A DNA stretch of 64,000 nt, from assembly GCA_964016885.1 (NCBI GenBank), contig OZ024740.1:325562001-325626000 (forward strand), read 5' to 3'. This document shows, in pieces, positions 1 to 12,435 of the stretch. Numbering within the stretch: position 1 is the first letter of the stretch; each line of letters opens with the position of its first letter. Origin of the DNA: Eledone cirrhosa (lineage: Eukaryota). Under the pieces are notes generated by a model. It had not been told where the DNA came from and made no database searches. It saw only the letters and a list, made by a program, of their open reading frames with translations. The position numbers and the translations under genes were made by a program.

Positions 1-145
1 ACCAAAACGCACCAAAGTACTCAATACTTAGGGTAGTAGAGGGGGTAATAGGAACGAGTAGGACCCCGGCTAATTCTGGACTATTTTAGTCCAGAATTAG
101 CCGTCGAAACGGCTTGAGCTCAGCCGTCGGGGTCCTACTCGTTCC

Positions 146-147
<2 letters not shown>
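1..147. mobile_element. Fold-back mini-element, family A (hammerhead 3' half GAAAC-stem III-GTC); runs off the window edge
   Basis: Near-identical to 4779-4960, 16569-16778, 43081-43216 and 58533-58728; hairpin centre ~84; ends in (TA)n. Confidence 0.75.
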
Positions 148-176
<29 letters not shown>

Positions 177-857
177 TTGGTTAGTAAACTCAATTTGTTA
201 TATATTTACAACGTTAGCATTATATATATAAACTGTTGGTTAATAAACTAAACGTGTGTCAGTAATTTACAACGTTTGTTATTATTATAAGTATATGTGA
301 ATTAGTATTTCTGAAACACCTAGAGACCAGAAACAGGAAATCTCCACCTTGGTGTATATTTAGTTGCAGTAATGAATATTTAATGACTGTTTTCACTAAT
401 ACTTTCTTTAATTTCAATGGTTTTCATTAATGATTCATCAAAATATGGTCTTAATTGGTTTCATCCGGTAAAAGTTCTAAACAATCAAATCATTATTTTA
501 ATTGAAATTGCTTATGTTTCATTGCTTATGTTTATCTGAAATTAAAGTTATCATTAGTGGAAGAGAATATTTTGATGTCTTACTTCTCTGTTTCATCAAA
601 TAGAGTTTTGTTTTTTTTCTTCTCAAGAAACGTTAGGCAGATTACACACATACATGCACCCACGCACACGCACACACACATGTATATATATATGTATATA
701 TATATATATATATATAATAAAGTATGAATTCCTACGTGTAAAAAATACATATAAGGAAACAAGTATTATCCAACCGTATGCCAATGTGGTTCTATGGCGG
801 GTTAATAAATTAACAAGCCAGAAGATATTTGCTAGACCTCGATTTTATATATATATT

Positions 858-966
<109 letters not shown>

Positions 967-1055
967 ATATGTATATATATATATATATAAATAGAAAGAG
1001 AGAGAGAGAGAAAGAGAGAGACGCACATATGTGTGTATGTATGTATATATATACA

Positions 1056-1112
<57 letters not shown>

Positions 1113-1238
1113 AAGCAAACAGGACTGCCAAATGCTTAAATCTGAACGCAAAGTAATTATTGGGTGTCGCTATACGTAGATATTACACTCCACTCCGAGA
1201 ACAAAACCAACAATAAACAAAACATCTAGTGGTTAATA

Positions 1239-1304
<66 letters not shown>

Positions 1305-1311
1305 ATGTGTG

Positions 1312-1428
1312 CAAAAAGTAAACAGAGATAACAAAGCAAACGACATAGTACAATGAAGAATTATATTAGTTTAACACTTGAAATGTGAAAAGTATCTTAA
1401 CGTTTCAGACACTAGTCCTTCATTCATA
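1312..1428 (-). mobile_element. PLE-terminus-like mini-element with degenerate minimal hammerhead (family I)
   Basis: Minus strand reads ATGAATGAAGGACTAGTGTCTGAAACGTTA; similar to 1835-1990 and 24692-24810. Confidence 0.5.
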
Positions 1429-1758
1429 TATATATAGAGAGAGGGGGGTGGGGGGAAGAGGGAGATAAAGAGAGAGAGGGGCGAGGGAGAGAGAGATAGA
1501 GGGAGATAAAGGGAGAGAGAGAGAGAGAGAGAGATTATGTTATATTAGGTATACATCGAAGTTGAAGCTGCAATAGGCTAGATACCAATCAAATCATTTG
1601 AGACAGTCACAAAGCACTCAATGCGAAAAGTTAATATATTTCTCGACGAGAATTATCAAAGTTAATATTCGATCGATAAATCCGCCATCTATTCCGTCAC
1701 GAAGAAACAGGTTACTGATATACTGTAGTAGTAATCGTTACTGCTGTGTCACGTGATA

Positions 1759-1834
<76 letters not shown>

Positions 1835-1838
<4 letters not shown>

Positions 1839-1990
1839 CAAAAAGTAAACGGATAAACATCACAGGAAAGCAGAACAGAACAATGAAGATATATATTAGT
1901 TTAACGATTGATATAGAAGGAAAAGTGTTTTAACTCTTCGGGTGTTAGCCCTTCATCAGAAGATAGAATGGGAGCCAAAATAATAAATAG
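1835..1990 (-). mobile_element. PLE-terminus-like mini-element with degenerate minimal hammerhead (family I)
   Basis: Minus strand 1961-1929 reads TT CTGATGA A GGG CTAACA CCC GAAGAG TTA; flanked by (TG)n. Confidence 0.55.
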
Positions 1991-2125
1991 AAAGTTATAG
2001 GAGAGTAAGAAGAGGAAGAAATGGGAAAACATTATTGGAGAGCATGCACGTGTGAGTTAATTCAGCCATTGTGTGTGTGTGTGCGTGCGTGTATGTGTGT
2101 GTGTACGTGTGTGTGTGTGTGTGTG

Positions 2126-2246
<121 letters not shown>

Positions 2247-3334
2247 GTGTGTGTGTGTGTGAACTTTTATTCTTTAACAGTATTCAGTCATTAGACTCCC
2301 GTCATAATGAGACACTGTATTCATTTAATTAAGCAGTTCCTAACCATTTTCGCGTCATCTCCCACTTTCACATGGAAAAAATTCCCACTGCCCACTTGTA
2401 TAGTAAATATTTAAAAGCATAAATTCAAGATTGGAGTATTTCCTGATAGGCACTATTCCGGACAATAACACGTGTACCCGTCATAAAAAGTCAGTTTACG
2501 AACCAGTAACAAAACGTTACCAATGTCTTTAACTCTTACAAAACAATATAAATGAATAATATTTACATTACAAGATACTTTATTGAAGGAAATATAAAAA
2601 GTAAACACATCAAATATTTAGACACACATAACATTTTTAATATATCATCAATGCGAACCCTGTGTCAAATACGATGCAACCAGTACAAACACATTAGGTT
2701 TAAATTAATCATCTTTAGTCGTAATTTAATTCACTTAGATATCCAGAAGGACGTAGAGAACGAACGGTCGGCGCCAAGGCGTGCAAGGCAGAGCCTAACA
2801 AAGTCGAAGGACGCAGAGAACGAACGATCGATCAATGCATCTGCATCTTATGATTTCTTCACTCTCTATAAATGCCATGCTGCTCTCGATGAGAATTATT
2901 GTCAGAACCAAAATATTCAATCTAGTATTTCTTGTTTCCCTTTCAATATAAGATGAGTCCCTACATTGAATATTCACCATGATCTTGGGTTTATTCATGA
3001 GTTTTCAAACTAGTTTCTAGAATTAATGGTGCCCCACGCAAATTAAATGTTAATACAACGCGATGGTCACTTGACAACCACTTTGTGTAACCTGGAAAAG
3101 ATAAAGCAGAAGATTTTTTTTTTTAAAAACAGAAGAGCTTAACAATTTGACTTTGTGGCGTCCACCATTTGTAGGGAAAGTGCAAAGCGTTCGTCTATAT
3201 CTGTTTTAAAACAATTTTAACTTTCGTTTTATGAATAATAAATCTTTTAAGATGTTGATGTCGTGTTTTAACACTTTCAACATCATATTTTCAGTGTGCT
3301 GTGGATTGAATATTGTTGATACATGAACATGAGG

Positions 3335-3745
3335 ATGCAGTATAGCTGAATGGTTACGAAGTACTCGCAATCATTAGGTCCAGGGTTCGATCCCCCAGCA
3401 TTGCACCATGGACAAGTGAAATTTATCATTGTTTCGAGTCAATCCACGCCTTGTGGAGAAAATTGTGTTGATGGGAATTGTGTGAAAGTGCATTAGATTG
3501 ACTGTATCTGTATTTTAAAAGGCCAATCTTGTCACGCAGATTCTAAGGATCAAGTTAAGGGCATATGTCTATGTGGAATACTCAGCTAATTTTACCTATA
3601 ATTGAAAAGGCCTGTCGAGTTATACACTGTGTTATGCTGAATCTCCCTGAGAATTATGTTAAAGGCATATTTGCACGTTCATTTTACGAGCAAGCTGTTT
3701 CGTTGATTGAACAACTGGAACACTCATCATCGAAACCGAAGGATG
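3335..3745 (+). mobile_element. tRNA-derived SINE, degenerate
   Basis: A-box-like TAGCTGAATGG and B-box GGTTCGATCCC; the body motif GAATCTCCCTGAGAA recurs at ~31850, ~31965 and ~41120. Confidence 0.65.
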
Positions 3746-3809
3746 TCCAGTATCTATCTATATATATATATATATATTTATATATTTATATATTTATATA
3801 TATATATAT

Positions 3810-3921
<112 letters not shown>

Positions 3922-3973
3922 TTATATATTTATATATATATATATATACTGTGTGTGTGGGGGGGGGGGGTGA

Positions 3974-4432
3974 GTCAGGTCGCTCTTCAGCGTCACTGGC
4001 AACATGTGACCCAGTACAACCTGTGCATGGTCGGTCGTCGGCGAGGAGGGTGATTTTGGACACCCTGCGGGGTGTAAAACAAAACGTGTCGAAGGGCGGA
4101 GGAACGCAGGAGAATCAACGACCATCCAATAATTTTTTTTTTTTTTGTGGAGCGAGAGACTCCTAAGCTTTATTAAGACATCTCTCTAGGAGAAGGTCAC
4201 TCTGATATAAAACCTGCGACTTCGTTTGCATGCAATGATGTTGACCTGTTCTTCTTTGGGGGCAAATGTTTCGATGTTCAGAGTGGGATTGGCCCCGAGC
4301 AAAGCCTTTCCTCACTTTAAAAAGCGTCAAGCACAGGCATCGCTTGATATGTGACATTTCTGCGATGCATGGTATTGCTGGCCATAGGAAAGTCCCTAGC
4401 AGGACTAAAAAGCCACGTCCGTGGTGTTCATG
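3974..4432 (+). mobile_element. Diverged non-autonomous RTE-derived element
   Basis: Aligns with the reverse complement of 11165-11772 (CCCAGTACAACCTG, CTAGGAGAAGG..ACTCTGATATAA). Confidence 0.6.
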
Positions 4433-4435
4433 TTT

Positions 4436-4503
<68 letters not shown>

Positions 4504-4778
4504 TAAAAAACGAAAAATCAGTCATGCATCTGGACTCAGTTTATTGAGTGTTACAATTGTTCGCCGGCGGGTAGCTCGAGACATGATCACTGTATGGATC
4601 TGGCTGATTCTACGGCTGCAGGTTCCTTCGGACACGGGCAGTTCGTTCGGAGCAAATTTCGTTTTTTTATACTATCCACACTCTGCTCTGTATGAATATT
4701 GAGTGCTAATTTTGGCATACCGCCTATGGAAGCACTATAGCTACCATTATACACACGTATGTATATATATATATATAT

Positions 4779-4956
4779 ATAACGAAGGAAATGTGGTAAG
4801 GAACCAGGTGGACCATAACGCACCAAAGTACTCAATACTTAGGGTAGTAGAGTGGGTAATAGGAACGAGTAGGACCCCGACGGCTGAGCTCAAGCCGTTT
4901 CGACTAGAATTAGCCGTCGAAACGGCTTGAGCTCAGCCGTCGGAGTCCTACTCGTT

Positions 4957-4960
<4 letters not shown>
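4779..4960. mobile_element. Fold-back mini-element, family A
   Basis: Inverted arms 4860-4903 and 4917-4960, tail on the left, (TA)n on both sides. Confidence 0.8.
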
Positions 4961-5010
<50 letters not shown>

Positions 5011-5241
5011 GAAACACACAGATACATGCGGACACACACATATATACATGAATGCATCCGCACCCAACTGTGAGTTAAGGGTGCCAACTTCACCGATGTT
5101 GCTCAATGAATGACTGGGACAGACCAATTCAGTTTGAACTAGACTGAACCAGTATCAGAGTTAAAAATACATTATGAAGAGAGAAGAAACATTTAGATAT
5201 AATTAGTAATAAAATGTATCATACCTAAACTGTTCCTAAAT

Positions 5242-5329
5242 TCCTCGACTACGTAGTTTCGTGGCATAAACAAAAACAATATATCAAAGATATAGAGTCC
5301 TTGCGAGGTCTGCCGACTTATCAAGAGGA
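5242..5329 (-). ncRNA. Type I hammerhead ribozyme-like motif, U3-A8 variant
   Basis: UCCUC-UUGAUAA-GUCGGCA...UGCCAC-GAAAC-UACGUA-GUC-GAGGA: 5-bp stem I, palindromic loop III, GUC site. Confidence 0.7.
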
Positions 5330-5457
5330 TACCTCATTTTACTAGTCTCAAGAACGCGTCTACACGACGTGAGAAAGAATCCCAAAAGGCGGAGGGGGAG
5401 ATAGTCACGCGATATAACGGTCGAGAAACAGAGCTAAGCCTCTTATAACCACGAAGA

Positions 5458-5508
<51 letters not shown>

Positions 5509-5684
5509 GATAAATGGAAAAGAATGAAACCAAATTTCGTTTCTCACTCTTAGTACGGCAATTACTTAAATGTAAGTATGTATGTATACGTACATACATA
5601 TATGTATACGACGTACAGTAGTATGTATATATATACATACATGCACACATATATATATATATATATGTACGTATGGGTATATAT

Positions 5685-5767
<83 letters not shown>

Positions 5768-5781
5768 TATATATACATATA

Positions 5782-5877
<96 letters not shown>

Positions 5878-6361
5878 CGTGTATTTATGTATGTATGTAT
5901 GTATGTATGTATGTATGTATGTTTATATACATACATATATAGCAAAGACGTGCATTACTTTGTGTGCAAAGTGCAAAACGTTCTCCTATCTCTGTTTTAA
6001 AACAATTTTAACGTTCGTTTTATGTATAATAAATCTTTTAAAATGTAGATGATGTGCTTTAACACTTTCACCATCGCATTCAATATTGCTGTGGATGCAA
6101 TGGCGCTGATCTAGCATATATGAAAATGGATTTTAAAGCAAAGAGAAGGAAGTAATGATATTTTGAGAGAGTTTATTGGGGTTGGAGTGCTTATATTATC
6201 GGTTTATTTTAGTTTATTTAATCAATTTTAGTTTATTTTTGTCTAATTTTCTTTTAGGCTTTTAACAGAACCGCTTTATACAATGTATGTAGTGCAATAG
6301 CATCGCCTATGTTAAGAACCAAGGACACTATGATATGGCGTCTTATCTGCTGAGTATAATA

Positions 6362-7130
6362 ATGATGGTGGTGGTGGTGGTGCTGGTAGTGGTGCCGGTG
6401 CTGTTGGTGGTGGTGGTGATGGTGCTGGTGCTGGTGCTGGTGGTTGTGGTGGTGGATGTGGTTGTGGTGGTGGTTGTGGTAGTAGTGGTGGTTATGGTGG
6501 TTGTTGTGGTGTTGGTTGTGGTGGTGGTTGTGGTGGTGGTTGTGGTGGTGGTTGTGGTGGTGGTTGTGGTGGTGGTGGTGGTTGTGGTAGTAGTTGTAGT
6601 GGTAGTTGTGATAGTGGTTGTAGTGATAGTTGTGGTGGTAGTTGTGGTAGTGGTGGTGGTGGTGGTTGTGGTGGTAGTTGTGTAGTGGTGGTGGTGGTTG
6701 TGGTTGTGGTGGTGGTGGTGATGGTGGTTGTTGTGGTGGTTGTCGTGGTGGTTGTCGTGATAGTTGTCGTGGTGGTGGTTGTGATGGTGGTTGTGGTGTT
6801 GGTTGTGGTGGTGGTGGTGGTGGTGGTGGTGGTGGTGATGATGGTGGTGGTAGTTGTGGTGATGGTTGTGGTAGTGGTTGTGGTGGTGGTGGTGGTGGTT
6901 GTGGTGGTGGTTGTAGTGGTGGTTGTGGTGGTGGTTTAGTGGTGGTTATGGTGGTGGTTTTGGTGGTAGTTGTGGTAGTAGTTGTGGTGGTGATTGTGTT
7001 GGTAGTTTTGGTAGTGGTTGTGGTGGTGGTTGTAGTGGTGGTTGTGGTGGTGGTTGTAGTGGTGGTTGTGGTGGTCGTTTAGTGGTAGTTATGGTGGTGG
7101 TTTTGGTGGTAGTTGTGGTAGTAGTTGTGG
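6362..7130. repeat. Degenerate (GTG/GTT/GTA)n trinucleotide tract
   Basis: Direct reading; it produces the poly-Val and poly-Gly ORFs. Confidence 0.95.
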
Positions 7131-7741
7131 TCGAGGCACATTCTTTTATGAAGTGTAGTTGTCGAGATGTTATTGTTTTTCGTAGACAACAGAACATGGT
7201 GGTTTTCAGTATCTTGTTAGCCTGGCTAAGGCTTACGATATTTCGTACTTTAGAGAATATCGATAGATATCTCGACAAAATTGACGGTATAAATATGGCC
7301 GACATCTCATTAACAGATGAATTCAACAACAACACAAATATATACGGCAACACTACGGTCGACTCTGATGAATTATCGATATTACAGCTACCACCTAAGT
7401 ATGCCACATATAATAAGGTAAATATGATAAAATGCTTGTCAGAAATAGAAAAATCATTTACAAAATTACGTTGGAGCCTCAAAAACAAAAACAAAAGTAA
7501 CAACATACGCACACACACACACATATACAACACACATCCCAACAACAACAGACACACAGACACAAACAACGATAACAACAACACACACATCAACAATAAT
7601 AACATACTCAGAAACAACAACAGACACGCAGACACAAACAACAATAACAACACACACAACAATAATAACATAAACGGAGACAACAACAGCAACACACATC
7701 AACAACAGCACACATAAACAACAACAACACACACACATTCT

Positions 7742-9166
7742 ATGCCTCTCGCCACCACCACAATCTTAACAAACACACAGACACAGAAAACAGGTAATGA
7801 CAGTAGCACAGAAATAAGGGAAGGTAATAGGATTGAAAGGAGAAGGGAGACTATGGACAGAGAAAATAACCAGGACGAACACACAGACACACAAAATAGA
7901 GTAGATAATAACAATGAGCCAGAGGAAAGAGACAGGAGTAATAATGAGAGACATAGAAACAACCATGAGGCTGTTGGTGGAAATAGAAAGAGAAACAACA
8001 CAACTAACAATAACAATATCATTAGTACACATAAATCAGCAGCCTGGAACTCTACTTTTTATAATCCTTCCGATAAGTCATTCGACCTGCGACGAGTCCA
8101 CGCCACGACTTTAGCTTTTAACAAACGCACGCAATTGCCGTCGTCGCAGGTCGATGAACAAACAGAAGCACAATTTAGTATAGCTAGATCTAAACTTAGA
8201 AATATTATAGAACAGTATAGCAAGAAACATAATAGAATGGAGGCCCAGCAACTGGGAGAAAAATTTGCAAATGGCTTGCGTAAGCTCATGCAGCGCTCGC
8301 GTAATGGAGAAATTGCATGCTTTCCAACAAACAAGTCTGGCAGAATGTCGGTTAACAGTCTGTCAAACTACATCCAGGCAATGCAACCCCACATCACTAA
8401 CACAAGAGAAGTAACACCACAGGAGCATGAGGATAGGGAAAAAGCCCTCAATGCCCATATGATAATGTGGACAAATATAATGCAGCCCAACAAAAGGACT
8501 GCCAACAACTTCCAGGCCTGGAACAATGACGTGCCAGCGTTGTATGGGCTTCGAAAAGACCATAAAACGAGCAGTGACCCTGTCACAGGACCACCAACAC
8601 GGCCAGTCTGTGGAGCTAACATTGCTAGTAACTACAGACTTTCCTACTTCCTCTCCCTGATCATACGCCCCATCATTGAAATGTCCCCAGATATATGTGA
8701 CAGCACGGAGGACCTCCTCAGCAGAATCGGCGAGAGTAACCGATCTAGGGACCTAACAAACTGCATAATAGGTAGTATGGATGTTGTGTCCCTGTATCCA
8801 TCTATTTACGTGGATTTTGCTGTGGAGAAATGCGTAGAAATGATCAGTGAGAGGAATGTTGAATTCCGTGGGATTGATACCAGTGAGCTGGGACTCCTAC
8901 TTAAACTTACCTATAGTAACGATTATCTAGATACATATGGCCTTAGCAACCTGTGCCCTGCAAGTCCAGCAAGAGGCAGACCACCTACCATTACCTCAAT
9001 CGCCAAGAAAGCCCACACAGATAGATGGAACGGGTGTACCAGAGCCATACGGACCCCCGAAAACCACGATGAACTAAAGAAAATGATTGCACATGCGGTG
9101 TGGGCCAGCATAAAATTAACCCTTAAGGAACATATGTTCAAATTTAATGGAAAAACATATGCTTAA
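7742..9166 (+). CDS. PLE reverse transcriptase, N-terminal part (interrupted ORF)
   Basis: PT(N/D)KSG, LYGLRKDHK, PPTRPVCGA, IIGSMDVVSLYPSI, FKFNGKTY; the frame continues past TAA as EEGAAIGVSIAGDIANLFM. Confidence 0.88.
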   Translation: MPLATTTILTNTQTQKTGNDSSTEIREGNRIERRRETMDRENNQDEHTDTQNRVDNNNEPEERDRSNNERHRNNHEAVGGNRKRNNTTNNNNIISTHKSAAWNSTFYNPSDKSFDLRRVHATTLAFNKRTQLPSSQVDEQTEAQFSIARSKLRNIIEQYSKKHNRMEAQQLGEKFANGLRKLMQRSRNGEIACFPTNKSGRMSVNSLSNYIQAMQPHITNTREVTPQEHEDREKALNAHMIMWTNIMQPNKRTANNFQAWNNDVPALYGLRKDHKTSSDPVTGPPTRPVCGANIASNYRLSYFLSLIIRPIIEMSPDICDSTEDLLSRIGESNRSRDLTNCIIGSMDVVSLYPSIYVDFAVEKCVEMISERNVEFRGIDTSELGLLLKLTYSNDYLDTYGLSNLCPASPARGRPPTITSIAKKAHTDRWNGCTRAIRTPENHDELKKMIAHAVWASIKLTLKEHMFKFNGKTYA

Positions 9167-9220
9167 GAGGAGGGAGCAGCCATTGGTGTTAGCATTGCAG
9201 GTGACATAGCTAACCTATTC

Positions 9221-10435
9221 ATGGTATGGTGGGACAGACTTAAACTTAAACTTAAAGAACAATTAGAAGACAGCAACCCCTTAACCCTGATAATGTACTC
9301 CCGCTACGTTGATGATATAAACATCGAAGTAAAGACACCCCCACTAGAGAACAGTCAGGAATTAGAGAAAAACACCATGGATAGCATCCAGCAAATAGCT
9401 AACTCCATCCACCAGAGTATTAGAGTTACTATAGACTACCCAAGCAAACACCCCAACCATCGATTACCTGTACTAGACACAGAGCTCTGGTTAGATACCA
9501 TTAATAACAAAAAACAAATCCTCCATTCCCATTATGCCAAACCCATGACTTCCAAATATCTGATCCACCGAAACTCAGCTGTTTCGGACCATATGAAAAT
9601 CAAAATACTGATTGCGAATTTGGTACGGGTGATGAGAAACGCGTCCCGCATGTGCAACCCCAAAGAACTAGAGAGACACATGCAACACTTCATCCACCGT
9701 ATGCAGTTCTCTGGTTACAATCAGAGAGATAAAATCAGAGTATATAGAGGAGCCAGAACCAAATGGGAAAAAATGGTAAATAATGACACAAATGGGACCT
9801 GCCCCTTGTATAGGAGCACATTTTGGAATAGAATAGAAAGAACTAGGAATAAGGTTAATAGAATAAACTCATGGTATGATAGCAATAAATACCAGAGTGT
9901 GATGTTCATCGATACAACCCCTAGAGGTGAATTAGCTTACAAATTTAGAAGGGCCCTAGATAAACATAAACTCAATATTAAGATAGTAGAAAGACCAGAT
10001 ACCTCCATAAAAACACTTATTAGCAATACATACCCTTTTCAAAGACCTCCCTGTATAGTTAAGAAATGTATAATCTGTAAATTAAGCCCCCATGTTAACT
10101 GTAAAACTAGAAATGTAGTATATAGCATAAGATGTACTGAAGGACAATGTAGAGATAAGAATATAGTGTACATATGTGAGACAGCTCGTAGTATAGGGGA
10201 ACGGATAAATGAACACTGGCGAGACCTTCAAGATAGTAAAGAATCATCTGTACTCTACCAACATGCTAAAATAGAACATAAGGGTAAATTAGAGAACATA
10301 GAAATAAAAATAGAATCTACACACAGAAAAGACGCAATGTTTAGACAAATCACAGAGGCAATAAACATAAATGAACTCCAACCAAAATTAAATAGAAAAC
10401 ATGAATGGAACAGCAACATCACAACTTACAATTAA
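9221..10435 (+). CDS. PLE RT C-terminal part, thumb and GIY-YIG endonuclease
   Basis: RYVDD, LPVLD, HYAKPM, CxxxxCxxC linker, VVYSIRC...YI(C)ETARS.GER..EH, EAINI...PKLN. Confidence 0.9.
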   Translation: MVWWDRLKLKLKEQLEDSNPLTLIMYSRYVDDINIEVKTPPLENSQELEKNTMDSIQQIANSIHQSIRVTIDYPSKHPNHRLPVLDTELWLDTINNKKQILHSHYAKPMTSKYLIHRNSAVSDHMKIKILIANLVRVMRNASRMCNPKELERHMQHFIHRMQFSGYNQRDKIRVYRGARTKWEKMVNNDTNGTCPLYRSTFWNRIERTRNKVNRINSWYDSNKYQSVMFIDTTPRGELAYKFRRALDKHKLNIKIVERPDTSIKTLISNTYPFQRPPCIVKKCIICKLSPHVNCKTRNVVYSIRCTEGQCRDKNIVYICETARSIGERINEHWRDLQDSKESSVLYQHAKIEHKGKLENIEIKIESTHRKDAMFRQITEAININELQPKLNRKHEWNSNITTYN

Positions 10436-10453
10436 GGACAAAATGAAAACACA

Positions 10454-10496
10454 GTCCCTGAAGAGGTCACAGAATGTGTGACGAAAGAACTTTGAC
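10454..10496 (+). ncRNA. Minimal type I hammerhead in the PLE 3' terminal repeat
   Basis: GUCC-CUGAAGA-G-GUCAC..GUGAC-GAAA-GAAC-UU-UGAC; the paralogue at 62436-62478 has a perfect GUCA/UGAC stem I. Confidence 0.7.
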
Positions 10497-10660
10497 AATA
10501 TATAAACAATCATCTGGTTCTGGAACCAACCAACCAACCGGAAATTTATAGATTCCTAAATTTATAAATTTATTATAATAAATTGAAGTGAAAACAACTG
10601 GTGCGTGTGTTTCTTATTGGCAACATGACCCTCCCAAAGTATAACAATATATATATATAT

Positions 10661-10872
10661 ATTAAAATAACAGATTAAAATTTAAGCAAAGAATCGCTGC
10701 TTTCACCCTTAAGGAGATCTTCTTCCGTTAAGAGTGAAAGCAGTGATTCTCTGCTTAAACTTTAATCTGTTATTTTAATAAATATTTGCTCTACGGTCCT
10801 TATATATTTGATATATATTCATCCTTATCGAGCCCTCTTTGGATTTTAGTCATCGCATTTATTATTATTACT
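10661..10872. mobile_element. Fold-back mini-element, family E
   Basis: Inverted arms ~10661-10711 and 10726-10779 plus a tail; matches 57270-57420 and 58405-58465. Confidence 0.75.
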
Positions 10873-10962
10873 ATATATATATGTGTGTGTGTGTCTGTGT
10901 GTGTGTGTGGGGGGGGGGGGGTGATGTGTTTGTGTATATATATATATGTATGTATATATTTA

Positions 10963-11037
<75 letters not shown>

Positions 11038-11164
11038 ATATATATATATATGTACATACATACATACATACAGTCTCATATGTGTGTGTGTATGTATTTT
11101 TAATGAGTATACATACATACATACATACATACATACATACATACATACATACATACATACATAC

Positions 11165-11772
11165 ATGGTGGCTGCCAACTCGTTTTCGAGTACGGCCACT
11201 ACTTTATATCCATGTAGGAGAACCCCTACCGAAGCGCTGAACGAGTGTGACTTTTTAGTCCAGCCAGCGACTTGAAAACTCTGGTACAAACACTACACTT
11301 GTGACAATTATTGACACAGTGCTGGGCCCATGGTACCATGTGAGGACAAGTGCAGAGAGATCTCCAGATATAAAGCAATGCCTGTGCCGTGAAGCTTTTA
11401 TAGTGAGCAAAGGCACTGCACAAAGCCAGTCCCACTCTCTTAACCAAGATGATATTTACCAAAAAGAAGAACAAGTCAACATCATTGGATACCATCAGGG
11501 TTGCAGGTGTTATATCAGAGTTTTCCTTCTCCTAGAATTCTGCCTTGACAAAGGCTAAGGGGTCATCTCTCCCGGTGATTTTGGATGGCCATTGACTCTT
11601 AAGAGCTCCTTTGCCCTTTGACAGGTTTTGTTTTTAGTCCTGCAGGATGTCCAAAGTCACCCTCCTCACCAAGAAACCTTGGTGGGGTTGCCAGTTTAGT
11701 CGCCAACGACCCGACCATGAGACAGGTTGTACTGGGATACATGTTACCAGTAGCACCAACTGGTGACCTGAC
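11165..11772 (-). mobile_element. Non-autonomous bipartite RTE-derived element with (TATG)n tail
   Basis: The 3' part encodes the RTE-type C2H2 remnant [19 protein letters not shown]; the 5' part has CTAGGAGAAGGAAAACTCTGATAT; flanked by (CATA)n; near-identical copies at 37712 and 38386. Confidence 0.75.
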
Positions 11773-12203
11773 ATATATACATACATACATACATACATAC
11801 ATACATACATACATACATACATACATACATACATACATACTCATTTAAGCGCTAATATTCCACATAGAAGGAAAGAAAATGGCCGTTAAACGTTAAGAGT
11901 TAAACGTCAAACATTCACTTTCCCTCCTTCAGTCACCCACTCAATACATAAATTCTTTGAAATTCATTAATTTACGCCCAAACAAGACATTGAAATATTT
12001 TAGCAAGAAACAACAGTGAGAGTAGTTGAAAAAGATATCTTACAAAAGTAGGACTGGGAAAACTGAAACGAAGAAGTAAATCATTTTAAAACTTCTAATT
12101 CAAGTTGTCTTGTGAAAATGTATACAGTGTAGTTTAGTGTTTAGTTTATCGTTGTTAACAACGGAATCACAGTGTTCGTTCATATCAGATACTATTATTA
12201 AGA

Positions 12204-12343
<140 letters not shown>

Positions 12344-12384
12344 ATATATGTACATATATATGTGTGTGTGTGCGTGCATGTGTA

Positions 12385-12435
<51 letters not shown>

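Larger units (their letters stand above)
7132..10646 (+). mobile_element. Penelope-like retroelement with C-terminal GIY-YIG and a Cys-rich linker (Neptune/Nematis-like), near full length
   Basis: ORFs 6923-7717, 7742-9166 and 9221-10435 share one frame, split by TAA at 7715 and 9164. 3' UTR carries a hammerhead motif; the element ends at CCCAAAGTATAACA followed by (TA)n. Confidence 0.92.

Noticed and set aside
2746-2829. ~25-bp direct repeat GAAGGACGYAGAGAACGAACGRTCG and ORF 2552-2956
   Set aside because: Only two copies, no motif in the ORF, and probably internal to an unrecognised repeat.
7715-9166. In-frame stops in the PLE ORF as possible selenocysteine recoding, as in Naiad PLEs
   Set aside because: Both stops are TAA, not TGA. 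The one at 9164 replaces the conserved Gln of QxxGxxxG, and the endonuclease is C-terminal.
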